Assembly (NCBI GenBank): GCA_945901065.1
Contig: CAMDKI010000004.1
Coordinates: 331,830 to 395,829 of the forward strand
Direction of reading: 5' to 3'
Source: Chitinophaga pinensis
GTDB lineage: Bacteria; Bacteroidota; Bacteroidia; Chitinophagales; CAIOSU01
DNA length: 64,000 nt
Shown piece after piece: positions 19,071 to 27,942 of the stretch. The position numbers were made by a program, and so were the translations under genes. Under the pieces are notes generated by a model. It was not told the origin of the DNA. It saw only the letters and a list, made by a program, of their open reading frames with translations, and searched no databases. How positions within the stretch are numbered: the stretch's first letter is position 1; each line of letters starts with the position of its first letter.

Positions 19071-20945
19071 TTATGCGAAAGCTGCTAACGCTAACCAACG
19101 TTCGGTTTTGGTCTCTATAACTACCATCAACTCAGTCAATTCATTACTTACTTCTTGAATTTGATGATTAGAGAGCTTACCTGTGCTGAGCTGGTTGCTC
19201 AGGGCGGATTTCTTTTCTTCCAATTTAGGAATTTCGGCATCTAGGTCTTCAAACTCCTTTTGCTCTTTGTAGCTCAGCTTTTTCTTCTCTTCAGGCTTAG
19301 TATCTTTTACCGCCTCCGCTTTAGGCTTTTCAACGTTACGTTTGCTTTCGCGTAGCTCTTCGAGTGCTAAATCCTGCACAGCACGCCAATGCGAATAATT
19401 GCCGTTAAAATCCTTGATTTTACCTTCGCCTTCAAACACAAACAAGTGGTCAACCAGCTTGTCCATAAAGTGCCTATCGTGGCTCACCATCAATAAGCAA
19501 CCGCGGTAGCTCTGTAAGAAATCCTCTAAAACGTTCAAGGTAAGAATGTCCAAGTCATTTGTTGGCTCATCCAGAATCAAGAAATTAGGGTTCTTCATTA
19601 AAATGGTCATCAAAAAGAGCCTGCGCTTTTCGCCACCGCTAAGTTTTGAAACTGGCGTATACTGCTGCTCTGGCGGAAACAGGAACCGCTCCAGAAACTG
19701 CGATGCTGAAATAGTCTTACCTTTTTCAACGGGAATAAACTCTGCAATATCTTTCACCACCTCAATTACACGCTTATCTTCTGGCAATTTCATGCCGCCT
19801 TGCGAGTAGTAACCAAACACTACTGTCTCTCCTACTACTACCTTACCAGCATCGGGTTGCTCCTTCCCCATCAGCATATCCAAAAACGTGGTTTTGCCTA
19901 CGCCATTTCGGCCGATAATGCCTACCCGCTCACCTTCTCTGAACTTGTAATTAAATCCATCTAATATCTTCAAATCGCCAAAAGATTTACCCAAATGGTG
20001 CAGCTCCAATACTTTGCCACCCAATCGGTTCATCTTTATATTGAGGGTCATTTCGTCCTTCTTCACCTCGCTATTGGCCACATTCTGTAAGTCGTAAAAG
20101 GCATCTACCCTGCTTTTAGCTTTGGTGCCCCTAGCCTTCGGCTGACGGCGCATCCATTCCAACTCTTTGCGCATTAGGTTTTGCGCCTTACCAATGGTTT
20201 GCGACTCATTAAACTCGCGCTCAGCCTTCTTCTCTAAATACTTAGAGTAGTTACCCTTGCTACGGAATATTTGGCCTCTATCAAGCTCCATTATCTCGTT
20301 ACAGACGCTCTCTAGGAAGTACCTATCGTGCGTTACCATCAATATGGTCATATTGGCGCGGCTAAGGTATTCTTCCAGCCACTCAATCATATCCAAGTCC
20401 AAGTGGTTGGTAGGCTCATCCAGAATCAGAAAGTCAGGCTCGTCAATCAAAACCTTGGCCAATGCCAAGCGCTTAACTTGCCCACCGGAAAGTACATCCA
20501 CCTTACGGTCCATTGGACCCACTTTAAGCAAACTCAAAATGGTCTGCGAGCGGCTTTCAAAGTCCCAAGCTTGGGTGCTGTCCATCATCGAAAAGGCATT
20601 TTGCATGCGTTCTTCGTCTTCAGGGTGCAATAGGCTTTCTTCGTATTCTTTAATGGCCTTCATTACCGGCTTGGTACTATCAAAAATAGCATCCAAAATG
20701 GTATCGCCAGCCTTAAACTGTGGGTCTTGCCCCAAATAGCCCAAGGCAATATCCTTGTGTACTTTGGCTATACCTTGCTCAGGACTCTCTAAGCCAGCAA
20801 TAATGCGCAACATGGTGGTTTTACCCGTACCATTTTGCGCCACAAAAGCCACTTTTTGTCCTTTGTCAATATAGAAGGTAATGTCTTGGAAAAGGATCTT
20901 TTCCGTATACGATTTCTTTAGGTTCTCTACCGTTAAATAATTCAT
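19071..20945 (-). CDS. ABC-F family ATPase (Uup-like, C-terminal coiled coil)
   Basis: It has two ABC cassettes (QNGTGKTT / GRNGVGKTT; LSGGQ / LSGGE), no TM domain, and a Lys/Glu-rich C-terminal coiled coil. The start is taken at MNYLTVENL (20945). Confidence 0.9.
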   Translation of the reverse strand: MNYLTVENLKKSYTEKILFQDITFYIDKGQKVAFVAQNGTGKTTMLRIIAGLESPEQGIAKVHKDIALGYLGQDPQFKAGDTILDAIFDSTKPVMKAIKEYEESLLHPEDEERMQNAFSMMDSTQAWDFESRSQTILSLLKVGPMDRKVDVLSGGQVKRLALAKVLIDEPDFLILDEPTNHLDLDMIEWLEEYLSRANMTILMVTHDRYFLESVCNEIMELDRGQIFRSKGNYSKYLEKKAEREFNESQTIGKAQNLMRKELEWMRRQPKARGTKAKSRVDAFYDLQNVANSEVKKDEMTLNIKMNRLGGKVLELHHLGKSFGDLKILDGFNYKFREGERVGIIGRNGVGKTTFLDMLMGKEQPDAGKVVVGETVVFGYYSQGGMKLPEDKRVIEVVKDIAEFIPVEKGKTISASQFLERFLFPPEQQYTPVSKLSGGEKRRLFLMTILMKNPNFLILDEPTNDLDILTLNVLEDFLQSYRGCLLMVSHDRHFMDKLVDHLFVFEGEGKIKDFNGNYSHWRAVQDLALEELRESKRNVEKPKAEAVKDTKPEEKKKLSYKEQKEFEDLDAEIPKLEEKKSALSNQLSTGKLSNHQIQEVSNELTELMVVIETKTERWLALAAFA

Positions 20946-20949
20946 GGTG

Positions 20950-20957
20950 CAAAGATA
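20950..20957 (-). promoter_or_regulatory. candidate -7 box TATCTTTG only 4 nt upstream of the ATG
   Basis: The minus strand reads tatctttgcaccATG, an exact TAnnTTTG match. Confidence 0.4.
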
Positions 20958-20967
20958 GCTTTTGTTT

Positions 20968-21015
20968 GCAAGACACAAGACACAACCTGCCTGCCGGCAG
21001 GCAGGGACACAAGAT
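20968..21015. repeat. (ACAAGAC)n heptamer tract interrupted by a perfect 20-bp GC palindrome
   Basis: The sequence reads gcaagac acaagac acaa[cctgcctgccggcaggcagg]gac acaagat. The palindrome (20986-21005) splits one heptamer exactly. Confidence 0.85.
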
Positions 21016-21066
21016 TAGCAAAAGAAAAATCGACAAACTATTTACCTCACTGTTTGTTGGGTAATC

Positions 21067-22614
21067 ATGCCACCAACCCACCATCCAATCGTCCGGTTCA
21101 TCCTAGGCGACCAATTGAATTATCAGCATTCTTGGTTCTCACAGCGCGACAATAATGTACTGTATGTATTGATGGAAATGCGCCAAGAAACGGACTATGT
21201 AACCCATCACATACAAAAGGTAGTAGGCTTTTTTGCAGCCATGAGGGCCTTTGCGCAGTGGTTGGAGGCTGAAGGGCATCAAGTGCTATACTTAAAGCTG
21301 AACGACCAACAAAACCTGCAAAGCCTGCCCGACAACCTCCAGTGGATAATCGAAAAACATGGATGTAGAAAACTGCAGTACCTGCTGCCCGACGAATATA
21401 GGCTCGACGAGCAAATGAGGCAAATGCATAAAATACTTGGCATTGAGGTGGATGGGAGCGATACAGAACATTTCCTGACGACAAGAACAGAATTGGCGGA
21501 GTTTTTTAAAGGGAAGAAAACCTACCTAATGGAAAGCTTCTACCGCCAAATGCGCCGAAAGCACGGCATTATGATGGAAGGAAAAGACCCTGTTACGGGC
21601 CAATGGAACTATGATGCGGATAATAGGAAAAGCCTGCCCGATAATGCAACCGTTACCCCTCCCCTAGTTTGGAAACATGATGTGCAACACATTGTGGATA
21701 TGATTAACCAGCAAGGCGTTAAAACCATTGGTAATATTGATGCTACGGCTTTCCCTTGGCCCATAAACCGTGAGCAAAGCTTGGAACTGTTGAATTATTT
21801 TGTACAACAATGCCTGCCACATTTTGGCACCTATGAAGATGCAATGCACAGCAAACATTGGTCAGTGTTCCATTCGCGGCTCTCGTTTAGCATGAACACG
21901 AAAATGCTTTCGCCATTGGAAGTTGTGAATGCAGCTATAAAGGCTTGGGAACAACACCCTGATAAGATAACCATAGCTCAAATTGAGGGCTTTGTACGCC
22001 AGATTATCGGTTGGCGAGAGTATATGCGGGGCATTTATTGGGCGCACATGCCAAGCTTTGCCAAAGAGAACTTTTTCGCGCATAAAAACGCATTGCCTAA
22101 ATGGTACTGGACCGGTGAAACCAAGATGCGGTGCATGCAATTTTGCGTGGGCCAAAGTCTGGACAAAGCCTATGCGCACCATATACAGCGGCTGATGGTT
22201 ATGGGTAATTTTGCCCTATTGGCGGGCGTGCACCCCGATGAAGTGGACCAATGGTACCTTGGCGTATACATTGATGCCATTGAGTGGGTAGAGATAACCA
22301 ACACCCGCGGCATGAGCCAGTTTGCCGATGGTGGCATAGTGGGCACTAAGCCTTATGTGAGCAGTGCTAACTACATTAACAAAATGAGCAACTATTGCAA
22401 AGGCTGCCATTACGACTATAAGAGCAAAACGGGCGAGCGGGCTTGTCCATTCAACAGTCTTTATTGGCACTTTTACGACCGCCACCGCGAACTATTGGAA
22501 GGTAACCCACGCATAGGCATGATGTATAGGGTTTGGGATAAAATGGAAGGCAAGGACCAAAAAGCTACGCTGGCGCAAGCGGAGTATTATTTGGGAAGGT
22601 TGGATGAGTTGTGA
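21067..22614 (+). CDS. cryptochrome/photolyase family protein, Fe-S cluster-containing (6-4)-photolyase-like class (PhrB/CryB type)
   Basis: 515 aa with a DPRP-type layout. The Cys pattern is RCMQFC followed about 88 aa later by CKGC-x12-C, matching the 4Fe-4S ligand spacing (C...CxxC-x12-C) of PhrB-type enzymes. Confidence 0.8.
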   Translation: MPPTHHPIVRFILGDQLNYQHSWFSQRDNNVLYVLMEMRQETDYVTHHIQKVVGFFAAMRAFAQWLEAEGHQVLYLKLNDQQNLQSLPDNLQWIIEKHGCRKLQYLLPDEYRLDEQMRQMHKILGIEVDGSDTEHFLTTRTELAEFFKGKKTYLMESFYRQMRRKHGIMMEGKDPVTGQWNYDADNRKSLPDNATVTPPLVWKHDVQHIVDMINQQGVKTIGNIDATAFPWPINREQSLELLNYFVQQCLPHFGTYEDAMHSKHWSVFHSRLSFSMNTKMLSPLEVVNAAIKAWEQHPDKITIAQIEGFVRQIIGWREYMRGIYWAHMPSFAKENFFAHKNALPKWYWTGETKMRCMQFCVGQSLDKAYAHHIQRLMVMGNFALLAGVHPDEVDQWYLGVYIDAIEWVEITNTRGMSQFADGGIVGTKPYVSSANYINKMSNYCKGCHYDYKSKTGERACPFNSLYWHFYDRHRELLEGNPRIGMMYRVWDKMEGKDQKATLAQAEYYLGRLDEL

Positions 22615-22642
22615 GAAGCTCAACAGCCTGATGAAAAAATAG

Positions 22643-22780
22643 CCCATGGTTTCAACCATGGGAATATGATCATGTCAAGCAATTTTAACCGTTTCAACGG
22701 TTTTACTAACCATGCAATCGAAACCGTTAAAACGGTTGGGTGCGCTAAGGCTAATTGCTACCAACGATTGAAATCGTGGG
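22643..22780. repeat. cluster of four short palindromic hairpins between convergent genes
   Basis: The four elements are cccatggtttcaaccatggg (22643-62), aaccgtttcaacggtt (22687-702), aaccgttaaaacggtt (22722-37) and ccaacgattgaaatcgtggg (22761-80). The first and fourth are related sequences in inverted orientation (tagccca.g.tttcaa...). Confidence 0.8.
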
Positions 22781-22803
22781 CTAGATAAAGCGACCAATAA
22801 CAA

Positions 22804-24498
22804 TTACAAAGTCTTGTGTCTTGTGTCTTGCGTCTTGTGTCTTTCCACCCCCAACAACTCCCGCGCATTCTCCAATGCGGCCTCGGTAACCTTATCGCCA
22901 CCCAGCATTTTGGCTATTTCGGTGGCGCGTTCGGTGTGGGTTAGGGTGCGAATGCGGGTTACGGTGCGGTCATTTTCCAATCCTTTATATACAAACAAAT
23001 GGCTTGGGCCTTTGCTGGCTATTTGCGGCAGGTGGGTTATCGCTATTACTTGGTGGCCTTGGGCCAACTGTTCCATAACCAAGCCAGCTTTGTGCGCTAC
23101 TTCTCCACTGATGCCGGTATCTATTTCATCAAAGATTAAGGTTGGCAGCGCCATATTATTAGCTATCAACGATTTAAGCACGAGCATTAACCTCGAAAGC
23201 TCACCACCCGATGCTACTTTACGCAACTCGTCCATCTTGCCGCCTTTGTTGGCCGAGAACAAGAACCGAACTCGGTCGGCACCATCGGGGCCAGGCTCTG
23301 GCAATGGCTCAATGGCTATCTTAAACTGGGTGTTTTCCATACCCACATAAGCTAGCTTGGCAATTACTTGTTGCTCTATAGTTGGTGCTACTTTATTTCG
23401 GCTGGCGGTAATCTGGCTGCCCGTTTTCTTTAGGTCCAGCAATAGCTGCACCTCTTGTTTTTGGAGCTTATCAATATCGCCTCGAAGGGCATCAAAGGCC
23501 CCTATCCTACCCTCTAGGTCGGCTTGCAATGCAACCAATTCGGCAACAGTTGCAAAGTGGTGCTTTGCCAATAGTCGGTTTATGGTATTCTGACGTTCTT
23601 GAAGGATGGCAATGCGCTCTGGGTCAAAGTTAAGCCCCTCCTCTAGTCGCTCCATTTCTTGCGAAATGTCCTCTAGTTCAATGGTGGCGCTATCTAAGCG
23701 TTCTGCCAGACTGCCCACTTGGTCGCTGTATTTGCTAATGCTCTGCAATAAGCCCCTTAGCTCATTCAAGGTATCAACCACTGAGCCATCGGTGTTGCTC
23801 AAAGCAAGTACCGATCGGCTCAGGTTTCCCTTTATCTCTTCGGCATTCTCCAGTGAGCTAAGCTCCTGCTCCAGTTGCTCAAATTCATCAGCATCCAGTT
23901 CGGCTTCGGTTAGTTCGCTCAATTGATAGTTGAGGTAGTCAATATCGCCAATGTCTTGTTTCGAGCGCTCCAACAGGTCTTGAAGCGTGCGCTTGGTCTT
24001 ACTCCAAAGGGCATATTGCGCGCCGTATTGCTGCAGTAGCGCCTCATGGTGCGCCACGGCATCAACTAACTGCAACTGGAAACTAGCACTGCTGAGGGCA
24101 AGGGTTTCGTGCTGACTATGTAGGTTTATAAGTTGCGCACCAAGCTCTTTCAGTACCTCCAACGTAACGGGGGTATCGTTTACAAAAGCCCTTGATTTAC
24201 CCGCGGTGGTTAGTTCGCGCCTAATAATCAATCCTTCTTCGTAGTCTAGGTCGTTTTGCTGAAAGAACTCCTGCAAACGGTAACCTTTCAACGAAAAGTA
24301 GCCCTCTACAAAGCATTTGCGGCTATCGTCAAACAGCACTTTGCTTTCGGCCCTTGAGCCCAATATCAGCGATAAGGCACCAAGTAAAATGGACTTACCT
24401 GCACCTGTCTCGCCAGTAATAATATTCAGCGAGCCGCCGAACTCCACCTCAATATGATCGATAATGGCATAATTGCTTACCACTAGTTTTTGCAACAT
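22804..24498 (-). CDS. recN: DNA repair protein RecN
   Basis: 564 aa with Walker A GETGAGKS, a long coiled coil, the signature ASGGELSRLML and Walker B LIFDEID. Confidence 0.93.
   Translation of the reverse strand: MLQKLVVSNYAIIDHIEVEFGGSLNIITGETGAGKSILLGALSLILGSRAESKVLFDDSRKCFVEGYFSLKGYRLQEFFQQNDLDYEEGLIIRRELTTAGKSRAFVNDTPVTLEVLKELGAQLINLHSQHETLALSSASFQLQLVDAVAHHEALLQQYGAQYALWSKTKRTLQDLLERSKQDIGDIDYLNYQLSELTEAELDADEFEQLEQELSSLENAEEIKGNLSRSVLALSNTDGSVVDTLNELRGLLQSISKYSDQVGSLAERLDSATIELEDISQEMERLEEGLNFDPERIAILQERQNTINRLLAKHHFATVAELVALQADLEGRIGAFDALRGDIDKLQKQEVQLLLDLKKTGSQITASRNKVAPTIEQQVIAKLAYVGMENTQFKIAIEPLPEPGPDGADRVRFLFSANKGGKMDELRKVASGGELSRLMLVLKSLIANNMALPTLIFDEIDTGISGEVAHKAGLVMEQLAQGHQVIAITHLPQIASKGPSHLFVYKGLENDRTVTRIRTLTHTERATEIAKMLGGDKVTEAALENARELLGVERHKTQDTRHKTL
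22811..22845. repeat. (GTCTTGT)5 heptamer tract, inverted copy of the 20968 tract
   Basis: The sequence gtcttgt gtcttgt gtcttgc gtcttgt gtctttc encodes the last 13 codons of the recN ORF. Confidence 0.85.
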
Positions 24499-24948
24499 AA
24501 CACCGCAGGCTTTGATGTAAAATTAGGGGTTTTGTGGGAAGTAAAATGAAGGCTGTTAAATCTTATTCTTTAAGTAAGCAAAACCATCTAGTACTTTTCT
24601 ATACCTTCAGACTCCAACGAACCTTGAATGATGACCGCCTTTGAGAGTAGTATAGGGTAATTAATTGCTCCAAGCCCTTTTTACGATGATTTAATAGTAG
24701 AAGTATTGCAATAAAAACAACAAAATGCGCCTAAGTTGACATTAGGAATGAAAAAATAAGGTATTCACAACTCAATAATCCTTTTAGGCCTCTAGTAATA
24801 TTCTGATTGTATCATGGTATGTTAATAAAAAATCGTGTTGTATTTCAATTACTAATCAGCAATTGTTAGATTTCTATCAGAAAACTGGCCAATCCGGAAA
24901 GTTGATTGCAGTTCTGGTTGCGTCGTTTATTAGGCTTATATTTACAGT

Positions 24949-26022
24949 ATGTTACCTGTGATCACATTCGGTACTTATAAGGTCCATTTTATTGATGAAC
25001 TACCAGCTTTGGTAGACATGTTTCCATGGGCCACTTATAGCAGTATCTATGTACTTGTAGATGCCAATACCCGCGCATACTGCCTTCCCATGTTGCTGGA
25101 AATTGATGCGTTAAAGAATGCTGCTATACTTGAAATTCCGGCAGGCGAGTCGTACAAAACTATTGATACCTGCGAGCATATTTGGGAAGCATTGCTAAAT
25201 GATCAAGCCGACCGGAATGCACTATTGATAAATCTGGGAGGCGGGCTAGTAAGCGACCTAGGTGGTTTTATAGCCGGTACCTACAAGCGCGGGATAGACT
25301 TTGTAAATATACCTACTACCCTATTAGCGATGGTTGACGCGACAGTTGGCGCCAAAACGGGTATAAACCTAAGCGGTATAAAGAATACGATAGGGCTGTT
25401 CAACGAGCCCAAGGCCATTTTTATCCATTTGCCATTTTTAAGCACATTGGATGATAACGAACTGTTAAGCGGCTACGCAGAAATGCTAAAACATGCGTTA
25501 TTATCCGGCCAACCGCATTGGGATGCACTTACTTCCATCGGACCGAAAGCGGTAGCAACCAATCCAGCACTAATTGCGCGATCGCTGCAAGTGAAGAAAG
25601 GGATTGTAGAACAAGACCCAGATGAGCAGGGCTTGCGTAAAGTGCTCAATTTGGGCCACTCTATTGGGCATGCCATCGAAACGGAATGTCTTCGCATGGG
25701 TCAGCCAATACTACATGGTCATGCGGTAGCATTGGGTATGGTAGCGGAGTTGTGGCTATCAGCGCGATTGCAAGGTTTTCCACAGCCAGAATTTGAAACT
25801 GTCAGTAACTATTTACTAGGTTTGTATGGGTCTTTTTTGAATATTGACTTATCTCTTGATAATTTAGCCAAATTGGTTGGCAACGATAAAAAAAACCGCT
25901 CCAAGCAATTATTATTCAGCTTATTACGCCACGTTGGTCAGCCAGAATATGATTGCCTTGTGAGCCAGGAAATGTTGCTGGAAGCATTAGTTTATTTGAG
26001 GGGGGAAACCTATGAAGTATAA
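24949..26022 (+). CDS. aroB: 3-dehydroquinate synthase
   Basis: 357 aa with LINLGGGLVSDLGGFIAG and LNLGHSIGHAIE...HGHAV metal-site motifs. It overlaps aroA by 11 nt. Confidence 0.9.
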   Translation: MLPVITFGTYKVHFIDELPALVDMFPWATYSSIYVLVDANTRAYCLPMLLEIDALKNAAILEIPAGESYKTIDTCEHIWEALLNDQADRNALLINLGGGLVSDLGGFIAGTYKRGIDFVNIPTTLLAMVDATVGAKTGINLSGIKNTIGLFNEPKAIFIHLPFLSTLDDNELLSGYAEMLKHALLSGQPHWDALTSIGPKAVATNPALIARSLQVKKGIVEQDPDEQGLRKVLNLGHSIGHAIETECLRMGQPILHGHAVALGMVAELWLSARLQGFPQPEFETVSNYLLGLYGSFLNIDLSLDNLAKLVGNDKKNRSKQLLFSLLRHVGQPEYDCLVSQEMLLEALVYLRGETYEV

Positions 26023-27238
26023 GATTACCAAGCGAGATAAGAAATTGGTTGGAACCGTTACACTGGAAGGTTCTAAGAGCATCACCAACAGGGTGATTAT
26101 TATAAAAGCATTGTGTCACGAGTTTTTTGAGATAAATAACTTTTCAATTTCAGAAGACTCGGAAACATTAGTTGAACTACTGAACAGTACGGAGCGTGTG
26201 TTAGATGCTCGGGACGGGGGTACAACATTCCGCTTCCTTACTGCTTTTTTGGCTGTGCACGAAGGCGATGTGATACTAACAGGCAGCGAGCGCTTGCAAA
26301 AGCGCCCTGTTGGCCCATTAGTTGACGCATTGCGCAGCCTTGGTGCTGAAATTGACTATACCGACGAGGAGGGCTACCCTCCCCTGCGCATACGTGGCAA
26401 GAAGTTAAAAGGCAACCGTATTGAAATTGATGCAGCAGTAAGCAGCCAGTTTGTATCGGCATTGTTGTTGATAGCGCCACTATTGAAAGATGGCCTTATT
26501 GTGCGTATGAAAGGCGAGCCAGTTAGCCGCCCATACATACAAATGACGCTTAGTGTAATGAAGCACTTTGGTATTCACCACGAGTGGACTCAGAGTGTTA
26601 TTTCTATACCACACCAAGAGTATGTGGGTCGTAAGTATAACGTTGAAGGAGACTGGACCGCAGCATCCTATTACTATGCTATGGCCGCTTTGGCCGACGA
26701 GGTGGATTTGAAGGTAATGGGTCTCAATAAATTTAGCTATCAAGGCGATTTTGCTATTGCCGGCTTGATGAGTCAATTTGGTGTTACCACTACTCATATT
26801 GAGGGCGGCATACACCTTACCAAAAACGAGAACCAAACCCGTTCGGTAGAAGTTGATTTTAGGGATTATCCGGATTTAGCGCAAAGCCTATTAGTATGCG
26901 CCGCAGCCAAAGGCATTACGGTAAAGGCACGGGGTATGGAGACCTTAGAGATAAAAGAGACCAACCGCATTGATGCACTGGATAAAGAGCTTCAGAAAAT
27001 TGGCCTAAAAATAATACCGCTTGGTGCTACCTGGAACCTTGGTGCTAGGCCCAACACCCCACTCACAGAACCCCTAGAAATTGCTACATACAAAGACCAC
27101 CGAATGGCTATGGCGTTTACGCCACTTGCCCTTATGTTTGGCGAGGTAATTATTGACGACCCAGCCGTGGTAACCAAGAGCTATGCTGGCTTTTGGGAAG
27201 ATATTGCTACCCTTGGTTTCGAAATCGAGTCGGTGTAA
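26012..27238 (+). CDS. aroA: 3-phosphoshikimate 1-carboxyvinyltransferase (EPSP synthase)
   Basis: 408 aa with LEGSKSITNR and a C-terminal DHRMAMAF motif. Confidence 0.92.
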   Translation: MKYKITKRDKKLVGTVTLEGSKSITNRVIIIKALCHEFFEINNFSISEDSETLVELLNSTERVLDARDGGTTFRFLTAFLAVHEGDVILTGSERLQKRPVGPLVDALRSLGAEIDYTDEEGYPPLRIRGKKLKGNRIEIDAAVSSQFVSALLLIAPLLKDGLIVRMKGEPVSRPYIQMTLSVMKHFGIHHEWTQSVISIPHQEYVGRKYNVEGDWTAASYYYAMAALADEVDLKVMGLNKFSYQGDFAIAGLMSQFGVTTTHIEGGIHLTKNENQTRSVEVDFRDYPDLAQSLLVCAAAKGITVKARGMETLEIKETNRIDALDKELQKIGLKIIPLGATWNLGARPNTPLTEPLEIATYKDHRMAMAFTPLALMFGEVIIDDPAVVTKSYAGFWEDIATLGFEIESV

Positions 27239-27340
27239 TCGAACTGTTTGTATCAATTAACAGACATTGCTAATTTGGCTGCGCATAAATGGCAGTTTGT
27301 TAAGCAATCCTTTTCGCTATTTTGGCTACAAATTATAATA

Positions 27341-27877
27341 ATGAGAGCTAAGCATATGGGTTTGCTTTGGATGGCATTGTTGTTGGCTTTTTCTTCGTGC
27401 AACCAGTTTCAAAGACTGGACAAGCGTTCTAAGCTGATAGCAGCCAGCAAAGAGGGTGTTATTCGTGGGGTCAATTTTGATATCTCTCCCGATTCGGTAA
27501 AAAAACTGGAAACCTTAACCCCAGATATTGACCAAGATGGGTTTTTGAGTTACTCATTGATACCCAAAGATTTTCCTAGCGATACCCTTAAAGTAGACTA
27601 TATGTTCAATAGGGATAACCAATTGGATATCATTGCTATAGACTACAAAACGAATAACCAAGAAGGAATTAAGGAAATAACTGAAAACCTAAGGGATTTT
27701 TTCCAGAAACGATATGGCGAAGGGCGCCAAGATGAACTTGGTTGGAACACTTGGGATTTTAAGGATACCACCACCGCAATACCGGGCACTATCGAAATAG
27801 TATTGCTTATCGAAAACGATCCCGACTATCAAGGGGTAAAGTTGGAGCTGGTGAAGTATTTTGAGGACGAACAATAA
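27341..27877 (+). CDS. hypothetical lipoprotein
   Basis: A start at ATG 27341 or 27356 gives the signal LLWMALLLAFSSC. I recognised no catalytic motif. Confidence 0.55.
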   Translation: MRAKHMGLLWMALLLAFSSCNQFQRLDKRSKLIAASKEGVIRGVNFDISPDSVKKLETLTPDIDQDGFLSYSLIPKDFPSDTLKVDYMFNRDNQLDIIAIDYKTNNQEGIKEITENLRDFFQKRYGEGRQDELGWNTWDFKDTTTAIPGTIEIVLLIENDPDYQGVKLELVKYFEDEQ

Positions 27878-27898
27878 TCGTTGAATATTTAATCTCAC

Positions 27899-27931
27899 TG
27901 CCCATTATTGTCAATGCCTGGTAAATGGGCA
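27899..27931 (+). terminator. hairpin after the lipoprotein gene
   Basis: An 8-bp stem tgcccatt / aatgggca with a 17-nt loop and no clear U-tract. Confidence 0.3.
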
Positions 27932-27942
27932 AATAACGGCTC

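Noticed and set aside
24499-24948. 450-bp AT-rich recN/aroB divergent region as a hidden gene or sRNA locus
   Set aside because: It contains no ORF with a plausible start and length, no strong hairpin and no repeat. The most economical reading is two divergent promoters (the weak boxes taatttta and tatattta each have one mismatch).
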